Shown in pieces: positions 8,636 through 16,411 of a stretch of DNA of 32,000 nt. The notes beneath the pieces were generated by a model. That model had not been told where the DNA came from, did no database searches, and was given only the letters and a program-made list of their open reading frames with translations. The stretch is taken from positions 7,410,001-7,442,000 of the forward strand of contig NZ_CP042911.1 in NCBI RefSeq assembly GCF_008065095.1, written 5' to 3'. A program made the translations under genes and the position numbers. This stretch comes from Gemmata obscuriglobus. Lineage in GTDB: Bacteria > Planctomycetota > Planctomycetia > Gemmatales > Gemmataceae. Position 1 is the stretch's first letter; each line of letters opens with the position of its first letter.

Positions 8636-11107
8636 ATGGCCGTCGCGAAAGGGTACTGGGGTATCGACATCGGGCAGTGCGCCCTCAAAGCCCTTCGGCT
8701 GGAGCTGATCGACGGGAAGCCCACCGCGACCGCGTTCGACTACGTCGAGCACTCGAAGATCCTGTCCCAGCCGGACGCCGACGTGGACCTGCTGATCCGC
8801 GAGGCGCTCGACAAGTTCCTGTCGCGCAACAGCGTCAAGACCGATGAGGTGGCGATCGGGATCGCCGGGCAGTCGGGCCTGGCCCGGTTCGTGAAGCTGC
8901 CGCCGGTCGAAGAAAAGAAGATCGCGGAGATCGTCAAGTTCGAGGCCAAGCAGCAGATCCCATTCCCGCTTGATGAGGTGGAGTGGGACTTCCAGAAGAT
9001 CGGCGGCGGCGAGGCGGTGGACGGGTTCGCGCTGGAGACCGAGATCGGCCTGTTCGCGATGAAGCGGGACGTGATCTCGCGGTACATGGGGTACTTCGCC
9101 GGCAGCAAGATCGAGGTCCACCTGATCCAGATGTCGCCGCTGGCGCTGGTCAACTTCGCCACCTACGAGCTGATCAAGCCGAAGGGCGACCCGGCCGCCG
9201 CCGAGGAGGACGACACCCCGCGGGGCAAGAGCCGCTGCACCGTGGTGATGGACGTGGGCACGGACGCGTCGAACCTGATCATCACCGACGGCGCGAAGAT
9301 CATCTGGCAGCGGCCGATCCCGCTGGGCGGCAACAACTTCACCCGCGCGCTGACGAAGGAGCTGAAGCTCACGTTCGCCAAGGCCGAGCACCTCAAGCGG
9401 AACGCCGCCAAGAGCCCGGACATGGCGAGCATCCTCAAGGCGATCAAGCCGGTGCTCACCGACTTCGTCGGCGAGGTGCAGCGGTCGCTGGGGTACTTCA
9501 CCAACACGCACCGCAACGCGCACGTCGCGCACATGGTGGGGCTGGGCAGCGCGTTCAAGCTCCCGGGCCTCCAGAAGTACCTGGCGGACAAGCTGTCGCT
9601 GGAGGTGAAGAAGCCGGCCCGGTTCGAGAAGCTGACCGGCGACGCGGTGCTCAGCGACCCGCTGTTCCAGGAGAACCTGCTCACGTTCCCGATCGCCTAC
9701 GGGCTGGCCCTGCAGGGCCTCGGGCAGGCGCGGCTCACCACCAACCTGCTGCCCCAGAGCATCCGGATGGACCGCGTGATCCGCTCGAAGAAGCCGTACG
9801 CGGCGGCGGCGGCGGCGACCCTGCTGCTGGGGCTGGGCGGCATGGCGGCCGGCTTCTCCAGCCCGCACGCGGCCCTGACCGACAAGAACGTCGACAAGGG
9901 CATCCAGATGACCAAGGACGCCGGGAGCAAGTACTCGGCCCAGGAGAGCTCGTTCAGCACCAAGCTGGCCGAGAAGAACAAGAAGCAGGACGAGACCAAG
10001 CTCATCATCGCCGGGCAGGAGGAGCGGCTCAACTGGCCGCGGTTCACGGAGGTGCTCACCGCCAGCCTGCCGCGCCCCGGGCTCGAGAAGGACGGCGGCA
10101 ACCTCACCGAGGTGGGCGGCACCGTCAACGACAGCCCGGACCTCCCGCCCATCGACCAGACGAGGCTGTGGAACGGGGCGACGGGCCAGAAGGCGTACGA
10201 CTGGTTCGTGCAGCGGATGAGCGAGGGGGTGCCCATCGAGCGGGCCATTGAGGACTCCAACTCGAAGTACCCCGAGGCGCTCGCGTTCCTGAACATCGAA
10301 ACCGTCCACACCCGCTGGGTGACCAACGCGTCCGCGTTCCTCGCCGCCGCCGACGACCAAGTGCAGTTGCGGTTCGGCAACCCGATCGCGGACTGGATGA
10401 AGAACGACGAGCGGGAGAAGGACGCCGAGAAGGGGCGGTGGAAGCCGAAGGCGGCCGAGGGCGGGGCGTGGGTGATCGAGGTACGCGGGTACACGGACCA
10501 CACCGGCGGCCGGCGGTTCATCGAGCAGTCGCTGCTCCGCAACCTGCAGCGGCTCGACGAGTTCGCCAAGAAAGATAAGCTGGGCCGAGAAAAGGTGGGC
10601 GAGTTCATCGTGGGGGTGCCCGACCCGGTGAAGGGGAAAACGAGCCACGCGTTCGTGTACGGGGTGTGGCCCGTCTACAACCCGCAGCCCGGCCAGTTCG
10701 TCAACATCGGGCGCGGCTCGTACCTGGACGGGTTGGTGGGCGGGGCCGGGGCGGGCGGCCCGGGTGGCTTCGGAGGCCCCGGCGGCTTCGGCAGCCCCGG
10801 CGGCGGGGACGGTGAAACGGGGCGGGGGTCGCTCGGCCCGCCCCCGCCCAGCAGCATGGGTCCCGGCGCGATGCCCGGCGGCATGGGCTCGGGATCGGGC
10901 GCAGACGGCGCGACGGCCGCGCCCGTGGCCCTCGCCCCCGCGTGGAGCGGGTTGGGCCGGAGCGGCGGGGCCGCCGGGGCGCCGGCGGGCGTCGCCAAGC
11001 GGCCGCCCGGCGAGGTCAAGACCCGGTTCGAGTTCGTCGTGATGATGCTCTGGCGCGAGCCGACCCCGTCCACCCCGGCTGCTGCGGCGGCGGCGACAAC
11101 GCCGTGA
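8636..11107 (+). CDS. pilM: PilM (actin-like ATPase) fused to a PilN-like segment (NLLP peptide, TM helix, coiled coil, alpha/beta domain) with a C-terminal Gly/Pro-rich loop; GspL-like architecture
   Basis: 823 aa. PilM blocks are GIDIGQCALKALRLE, IAGQSGLARFVKLPP, KFEAKQQIPFPLDEVEWDFQ, VVMDVGTDASNLIITDG..PLGGNNFT, VQRSLGYF, VGLGSAFKLPGLQKYL and IAYGLALQG. TTNLLPQS follows at 9737-9760, with NLLP at 9743-9754 (aa 370-373), then a TM helix at about 9796-9858. GGAG lies 9 nt upstream of the ATG. Confidence 0.9.
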   Translation: MAVAKGYWGIDIGQCALKALRLELIDGKPTATAFDYVEHSKILSQPDADVDLLIREALDKFLSRNSVKTDEVAIGIAGQSGLARFVKLPPVEEKKIAEIVKFEAKQQIPFPLDEVEWDFQKIGGGEAVDGFALETEIGLFAMKRDVISRYMGYFAGSKIEVHLIQMSPLALVNFATYELIKPKGDPAAAEEDDTPRGKSRCTVVMDVGTDASNLIITDGAKIIWQRPIPLGGNNFTRALTKELKLTFAKAEHLKRNAAKSPDMASILKAIKPVLTDFVGEVQRSLGYFTNTHRNAHVAHMVGLGSAFKLPGLQKYLADKLSLEVKKPARFEKLTGDAVLSDPLFQENLLTFPIAYGLALQGLGQARLTTNLLPQSIRMDRVIRSKKPYAAAAAATLLLGLGGMAAGFSSPHAALTDKNVDKGIQMTKDAGSKYSAQESSFSTKLAEKNKKQDETKLIIAGQEERLNWPRFTEVLTASLPRPGLEKDGGNLTEVGGTVNDSPDLPPIDQTRLWNGATGQKAYDWFVQRMSEGVPIERAIEDSNSKYPEALAFLNIETVHTRWVTNASAFLAAADDQVQLRFGNPIADWMKNDEREKDAEKGRWKPKAAEGGAWVIEVRGYTDHTGGRRFIEQSLLRNLQRLDEFAKKDKLGREKVGEFIVGVPDPVKGKTSHAFVYGVWPVYNPQPGQFVNIGRGSYLDGLVGGAGAGGPGGFGGPGGFGSPGGGDGETGRGSLGPPPPSSMGPGAMPGGMGSGSGADGATAAPVALAPAWSGLGRSGGAAGAPAGVAKRPPGEVKTRFEFVVMMLWREPTPSTPAAAAAATTP

Positions 11108-11329
11108 CGCCAGAAAACGGGGAAACGAACCGGAATTGATCCCGAGCCGGCGACGGCCCGGGCGGCGGCAGGAGCCGGCGGGCAGACAGCCCCCGGAGCC
11201 GCCCCGCTCCGAGTGCGGCGCGGCTCCGCTTCGAATTCGTTACGGCGCCCGCGCCCATTATCGAGCCACAAAACACCCGCCGCTCTGCGGCCGCCCGTTG
11301 CCGAACACCGCCTAGTGAGGTTCGCAGGC

Positions 11330-13483
11330 ATGAAAAGCGAAAGTCCGGTCAAGAAGCACCACTTCTGGATCCTCTGCGGCGTGGTCCCGCTCGTCACGCT
11401 CATCGGTGTGCTCGTGGTGGACGCCAAGGTGGGCAGCCGGATCGATGCCCGCCAGAAGGACATCACCGACGCCGAGAGCGACATCGGCAAGAAACAGAAC
11501 GTCAAGCCGGTCAAGCTCATCAGCGAGCTCGACAAGATCTCCGCACTGGTGGAGCGGAAGCAGGGCGACCTGCACAAAGAGAACTGGGAGCAGCAGAAGG
11601 CCCTGTTCAGTTGGCCCGGCCGCTCCGAACGGTTCAAGCAGTTGGAAGACCGCCAGCTCCCGTTCGGCAGCAACCTCCCGGACCTGACCGCGCTCCACGG
11701 CGAGTTCCAGAAGGCCGAGACCTACCTGCACGAGTACTCGTCGGCGAGCGTCCGGCCCGACGGCACGGTCTCGCCGGGCACCGGGATGGCCGACCTGATG
11801 GCCCCGACCCAGTTCAACGGCGGCTGGCAGAGCGTGCTGCGGCACGTCAACGACTTCGGCCAGGTGTTCATCACGAAGGACCAGGCGTGGCTGATCCTTG
11901 AAGACATGTGGGTGCAGCGGTCCCTCCTGGCCGGGCTACGCTCCGTGAACACCGAGATGGGGAAGTTCGAGCCGGTAAAAACCAACGACGGGGGCAAAGG
12001 CGCGGCGAACCAGACCAAGGCCCGGAAGTTCCGCAACCGCATCTGGGAGGTGGAACTGGACATCGTGCCCGGGGACACCAACGGGCAGTTGCGCCTCGTC
12101 GGCAGCCTCACCAACATATCGGAACGGCTCCAGTTGTTCGGCAAGTCACCGGACGGCGGCAACGGCATGGCCCTGAACGTGTGGCTGTCCAGCAACCCCA
12201 GCGCCCAGCCGGTGGTGTTCAAGATCGGCGGCGACTTCCTGCCCGGGCGGGGGGCCGTGAAAACCGTCCCCAAAGACGGGGGGGCGCAGACGGTGCCGGC
12301 CAACGTGAAGGTTGTCGGGACGGGGCAAGACAAGGACCTTAACATCCTGCCCCCCGAGATCACTCTCGATCGGGCCGAAATCGTGCGCGTCGAACAGATC
12401 TATGACGTGCGCACCGTGCCCCTCAAGCGGATCGACTGGCTGGTGATCGGCAACCAGGCCGCGGTCGACGCTCGCAACGTCGAACCGATCGCCACCACCG
12501 GACTGCTGATGCCGCTCTCCACCGCCAACGGCGGCCTGTTCTCCGAGGCGTTCACCAAGGACCCGAACGCGGTCGACCCGAACGCTCCGGGCGGTTCCGG
12601 GTCGATGGGTCCTGGCGGGGCCGCGATGCCGGGCGGCCCCGCGATGCCGGGCGGCCCCGCGATGCCGGGCGGGCCGGGGCGCGGCATGCCGGGCGCGATC
12701 GACGGAGGGATGAGCGGCCCGGGTGGAGCCGGTGGGGCCGCCGGTGCCGCCCGGGCGATCGGTGGCGGGCCGCTGGCCGCGATCGCCGACGGGAACAAGA
12801 AGCGGTATCTGGCCGTGACCCAGCAGGTGCGCCGGATGCCGGTCGCGGTGGTGGTGGTGATCGACCAGGCGTACATCCAGGACGTACTCTTGGCCTTGTC
12901 GAACTCCCCGCTGCGGTTCCAGATCACCCAGGTGAACTGGACGCGGTTCCGCGGCAGCCTGGAAGGGCTGGGGATCACCCCGGGTTCCGGCGGGGGCGGC
13001 AACATTGACTACGGGAGCGGCGGTCCGGCGTCGTTCGGCGAGGAGTTCGGGCGGGGGGGCGGGGGCATCGGCCCGGGGCCGGGGCGTCCGCTCGGGGCCG
13101 GTGGAACCGGGTTGCCCAGCCCGATGGGTCCCGGCGGCTTTCCGGGGCCGGGTAGCCTGCCAGGAGGTCCGGGTAGCATGCCCGGAGGGCCTTTCGGTGG
13201 CCCCCCGGGTGGCTCGTCAGGCTACCCCGGTGGGGGCGGTTCTTCGGTGATGAGCGAATCGCAGATCACCTCGGGGCTCGTCGAGTTGAGCGTGTACGGG
13301 GTCGTCTCACTGTACGAAGCTCCCAAGGCCCCCGCGCCGGACGCGACCGCCGCGCCGAATACGTCGGCACCGAACACACCCGCGCCGATGCCGCCGGTGC
13401 CGAACACGCCCGCGCCAAACACCCCCGCGCCGAATACGCCGGCGCCCAACGCCCCCAAGATGCGCCGCCGCGTCCGTCGGTGA
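11330..13483 (+). CDS. large bitopic membrane protein, PilO-like topology, with two Gly/Pro/Met-rich loops and an (APNTP)n polybasic C-terminus
   Basis: 717 aa from ATG 11330, with GTGAGG upstream; the ORF track starts at 11213 inside the spacer. It has a short basic N-terminus, a TM helix (FWILCGVVPLVTLIGVLVV) and a coiled coil. A strand-helix-strand block RMPVAVVVVIDQAYIQDVLLALSNSPLRFQITQVNW is present. The PilO assignment is inference. Confidence 0.75.
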   Translation: MKSESPVKKHHFWILCGVVPLVTLIGVLVVDAKVGSRIDARQKDITDAESDIGKKQNVKPVKLISELDKISALVERKQGDLHKENWEQQKALFSWPGRSERFKQLEDRQLPFGSNLPDLTALHGEFQKAETYLHEYSSASVRPDGTVSPGTGMADLMAPTQFNGGWQSVLRHVNDFGQVFITKDQAWLILEDMWVQRSLLAGLRSVNTEMGKFEPVKTNDGGKGAANQTKARKFRNRIWEVELDIVPGDTNGQLRLVGSLTNISERLQLFGKSPDGGNGMALNVWLSSNPSAQPVVFKIGGDFLPGRGAVKTVPKDGGAQTVPANVKVVGTGQDKDLNILPPEITLDRAEIVRVEQIYDVRTVPLKRIDWLVIGNQAAVDARNVEPIATTGLLMPLSTANGGLFSEAFTKDPNAVDPNAPGGSGSMGPGGAAMPGGPAMPGGPAMPGGPGRGMPGAIDGGMSGPGGAGGAAGAARAIGGGPLAAIADGNKKRYLAVTQQVRRMPVAVVVVIDQAYIQDVLLALSNSPLRFQITQVNWTRFRGSLEGLGITPGSGGGGNIDYGSGGPASFGEEFGRGGGGIGPGPGRPLGAGGTGLPSPMGPGGFPGPGSLPGGPGSMPGGPFGGPPGGSSGYPGGGGSSVMSESQITSGLVELSVYGVVSLYEAPKAPAPDATAAPNTSAPNTPAPMPPVPNTPAPNTPAPNTPAPNAPKMRRRVRR
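12623..12676 (+). repeat. in-frame 18-bp tandem repeat (about 3 copies) encoding (AMPGGP)n
   Basis: gcgatgccgggcggcccc at 12623-12640 is identical to 12641-12658. The third copy, 12659-12676, has 2 mismatches. Confidence 0.9.
13352..13456 (+). repeat. in-frame 15-bp tandem repeat, 7 degenerate copies encoding APNT(S/P)-type pentapeptides
   Basis: The units translate as APNTS APNTP APMPP VPNTP APNTP APNTP APNAP, followed by KMRRRVRR and the stop. Confidence 0.9.
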
Positions 13484-13618
13484 CGCCACGCCTCCCGCGC
13501 CCGGCGCGGGAGCCCGCGAATCACAATCGACCCCAACCGGCTCCAACATTCCCCGGGCGCCCCCCGTTAATCAACCGGCGACCCGGGCGCGAACACCGGC
13601 CCACACGAGGGACCAACC

Positions 13619-16150
13619 GTGGCGAAAGCGAAGATCAAATTCGACCCGAAGGACTTCTTGCTCAAAAAGGGCGAGTACCTGGTGATGGGAGTGGCCGGCT
13701 TTTGCCTGGTCGTGCTGCTCATCTGGGGTGTGACCAAGTGGAGCAGCGCCAAGGACCCCACCGAGATCGCCAGTAAGCTCGCCCAAAGTGCCAACAACCT
13801 CACGCAGAAGATCCAGAACGATTCGGCTTCGCCCAAGGACCTGGAAGAGATCCAGCCGCTCCCGTTCATCGTCAAGCCGCCGATCAACAAGCCGGCGAAG
13901 ATCAGCGACTTCCCGATCCAGGTGCCGCTGTTCGACCCGACGGCGCAGCCGAACACGAAGCGGGAAAACCCGTTCGTGCTCACCGTGGGGGAGTACCAGG
14001 TGGACCTTACCCGGTCCGCGATGCCCGGGTACGACATCATCTACAACAACGACAACGAGCCGCTGATCGCGGTGCTCGCCACCAAGGTCAAGAACCCGCT
14101 GGACGCGGCCAAAATCAAGCAGGTGGGGGACGTTCTCAAAAACAAGGGAATACAAGGCAAGAAGGTGACCAAGCAGCCGCAGCAACCGCAGCCGGGGGGG
14201 CAGTTCGGCCCCGGCGGTTCGCCCGGGCAGTTCGGCCCCGGCGGACCGGGCGGGTTTCCCGGACAGGTCGGCCCCGGCGGATCGCCCGGGCTGGGTGGTC
14301 CGGGGCGCGGCGGACCGCCGGGGGCGGGCGGTGAAGGCCCGATGCCCGGGTCGCCGTTCGGCATGCCCGGCGGCATGTTCGACAACAACGGCCGACGCAA
14401 CGATGAAGGTCGGGTGCTCACCTACGTGCCGCTGGCGGACATCGACAAGGAACTCGCGGCCGGCCGGAACCCGGCGCTGACCGTGATCCCGGTGCGGCTG
14501 GTCACCATCCACGCGGCGGTGCCCTACAAGCAGCAACTGGAGGAGGCGCGGCGGGCGTTGCGCCTGTCGTCCCCGGTGCCGATCCCGGACGGCAAGGGCG
14601 GGTTCCGGAACCAGGCCGAACTCGACGCCGCCGAAGCCGAGGCCCGGCGCTTTGTGTGGTACGACGGGTTCGACATCCAGCGCCGCGAAACGCAGGTCAT
14701 GAGCGACGGGCAGGTGCGAGTCATTCAGGAGTGGGGCGAGGTGGTGCCCAAGGACAACCGGTCCGACTTCAACTACAAGTTCGAAGAGAAGTACATCGAG
14801 AAGATCCACACCCGGGCCGTCGGGCACCACTACGACGAGGGCTTCCTCCCGTATTTCCTGAAGCCCGAGATGATGCTGTCGATGCCGATGCCGCTCCTGG
14901 CCCCGGACCTGAAAGTGAAGTACCCCGAGATCCGGCTCAAGTCGATCACCGACAACATCAAGAAGCTGGAGGACGCCGCCAAGCCCAAGGTGACGGCGTC
15001 AGAGCTGGCGAAGCAGTTGCAAGGCCAGACCTCGAGGATCGGCCTCTACGGCGGGTCGACGAACACTGCCGGCCTGTTCGGCAACGGCGGCGACTCGTTC
15101 GGCGGGGTGAGCATGCCGGGCGGCTCCCCGGGGGCGATGCCGGGCGGGCCGATGGGCATTCGTCCGGGTCCGGGCGGTTCGCCGGGAGCGCCGCCGCTGC
15201 CGGGCGGTTCCAGCGGCCCGGGCGGGCCCGGCGGCCCCGGCGGGTTCGGCTTCGGCGCCGGCGGCCCCCCGCCGGTCGAGGTCGAGAACTTCCTGCTCCG
15301 GTTCGTGGACTGTGACGTGCAACCCGGGCGCACCTACCAGTACCGCGTCCGGCTCAAGATGCAGAACCCGAACTACCAGCAGGACAAGCTGGTCGCCGAC
15401 CCGGCGTCCGCCAAGGTGCAGGTGCTGTACAGCAAATGGAAGCAGCTCGACCGGCCGATCACGGTGCCGCCCGAATCGTTCCTGTACGCGTACGACACGA
15501 AGGCGTACCGCGAGAACACCGAAACCGAGTACGCCGGCCAGAAAGAGCTGCTGAAGCGGCTCCAGTTGCAGGACCACCAAGCGGTCGTGCAAATGGCCTC
15601 CTGGATGGAACAGGTGCGCACCGAGTCCGGCGGCAAACGCGAGCCGGTGGGCGCGTGGGTGATGGCCGAAATGCCGGTGGGCCGGTGCGAGTACATCGGC
15701 CGCAAGCAGTTCGTGAAGCTGCCGCTGTGGTCGTCCGAATCGCAACCGCCCCAGTACGTGCTCCGCGAGGTGCCCGAGAAGATCATTCCGGCGAAGGGCA
15801 AGGAGGCGCCGCAGCCGAAGGGCTGGCTGGTGGACTTCTCTACCAAGTCGATCCTGGTGGACTTCGAAGGCGGCCGGGTGAAGAGCCGGTTCACCATCGG
15901 GTTCGACGACAAGGGCAACCTGATGAACAGGACCCGGGCGGTCGACGAGGACGCGTCTACGGAGATGTTGATTGTGCGCCCGAATGGCGAACTGCTGGTG
16001 CGCAGCAGCCGGGCGGACGAGAACGACGAGAACCGCACCGACATTGCCTCGAAATGGACCGACTGGCTGAAGATGGTCGAGTCCCGGAGGATCGGTGGTG
16101 GCGGGATGGGCGACGAGAACAACCCGTTCGGGCCGAAAAAGCAGCCATAA
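13619..16150 (+). CDS. large bitopic membrane protein with two Gly/Pro/Met/Phe-rich loops and C-terminal beta-rich domains
   Basis: 843 aa. GTG start at 13619 lies 7 nt after GAGGGA (13606-13611). The N-terminal TM helix is YLVMGVAGFCLVVLLIWGV. A beta-sandwich-like motif FLLRFVDCDVQPGRTYQYRVRLKMQNPNY is present. No named family recognised. Confidence 0.75.
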   Translation: MAKAKIKFDPKDFLLKKGEYLVMGVAGFCLVVLLIWGVTKWSSAKDPTEIASKLAQSANNLTQKIQNDSASPKDLEEIQPLPFIVKPPINKPAKISDFPIQVPLFDPTAQPNTKRENPFVLTVGEYQVDLTRSAMPGYDIIYNNDNEPLIAVLATKVKNPLDAAKIKQVGDVLKNKGIQGKKVTKQPQQPQPGGQFGPGGSPGQFGPGGPGGFPGQVGPGGSPGLGGPGRGGPPGAGGEGPMPGSPFGMPGGMFDNNGRRNDEGRVLTYVPLADIDKELAAGRNPALTVIPVRLVTIHAAVPYKQQLEEARRALRLSSPVPIPDGKGGFRNQAELDAAEAEARRFVWYDGFDIQRRETQVMSDGQVRVIQEWGEVVPKDNRSDFNYKFEEKYIEKIHTRAVGHHYDEGFLPYFLKPEMMLSMPMPLLAPDLKVKYPEIRLKSITDNIKKLEDAAKPKVTASELAKQLQGQTSRIGLYGGSTNTAGLFGNGGDSFGGVSMPGGSPGAMPGGPMGIRPGPGGSPGAPPLPGGSSGPGGPGGPGGFGFGAGGPPPVEVENFLLRFVDCDVQPGRTYQYRVRLKMQNPNYQQDKLVADPASAKVQVLYSKWKQLDRPITVPPESFLYAYDTKAYRENTETEYAGQKELLKRLQLQDHQAVVQMASWMEQVRTESGGKREPVGAWVMAEMPVGRCEYIGRKQFVKLPLWSSESQPPQYVLREVPEKIIPAKGKEAPQPKGWLVDFSTKSILVDFEGGRVKSRFTIGFDDKGNLMNRTRAVDEDASTEMLIVRPNGELLVRSSRADENDENRTDIASKWTDWLKMVESRRIGGGGMGDENNPFGPKKQP

Positions 16151-16175
16151 CCTTGCGGTCTTGACCGCCAGCGAG

Positions 16176-16207
16176 CGCCGCCGGAAGTTCCGGCGGCGTT
16201 TTTTATT
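16176..16207 (+). terminator. canonical intrinsic terminator closing the three-gene operon
   Basis: The stem is cgccgccgg (16176-16184) paired with ccggcggcg (16190-16198), with loop aagtt. The T-tract ttttttatt (16199-16207) follows. It begins 26 nt after the stop at 16150. Confidence 0.85.
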
Positions 16208-16411
16208 CACTTGGCCGCCCGGCCCGGTTGCCGTCCGTGGCGAGCGGCGCGGTGCCGGCACGCCGCGGACGGCACCGCGCACCGACGGGCGCAAATGCCG
16301 GGCCGTTCGATCGATCACACGGCACACCGTCCCTTCTCCTTGCCGCTCATGGTCGTACACTGGCAGCACGAAGGAATCCACTCGCCCTCACGATGGAGCG
16401 GGCCGCCCCGC

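Noticed and set aside
8417-10648. 743-aa ORF antisense to the PilM-PilN gene, plus 8983-10251(+) and 9697-10608(-)
   Set aside because: The PilM frame is supported by block-by-block family motifs. The alternatives are Arg/Leu/Pro-rich shadow ORFs.
12578-15272. CRISPR array or collagen-like triple helix as an explanation for the GC-rich repeats
   Set aside because: The repeats are in-frame coding tandem units without spacers, so they are not CRISPR. Glycines do not keep a strict G-X-Y period (for example GPGGFGGPGGFG), so they are not collagen-like.
15041-15272. Homology of the FG/GLFG-containing loops to eukaryotic FG-nucleoporins
   Set aside because: There is only compositional similarity, with a single GLFG and about a dozen FG dipeptides in a Gly/Pro background. 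Low-complexity sequence cannot support homology. It is kept only as a functional analogy to test.
8636-16150. Calling the locus a type IV pilus or type II secretion gene cluster
   Set aside because: Only the PilM/PilN-like (and possibly PilO-like) platform components are present. All the defining parts are absent from the window: secretin, ATPases, platform protein and (pseudo)pilins.
13571-16381. Antisense ORFs 13571-14830 and 14999-16381, and overlapping frames inside gene C
   Set aside because: They are shadow ORFs of a GC3-rich gene. One would run through the intrinsic terminator. Composition is junk.
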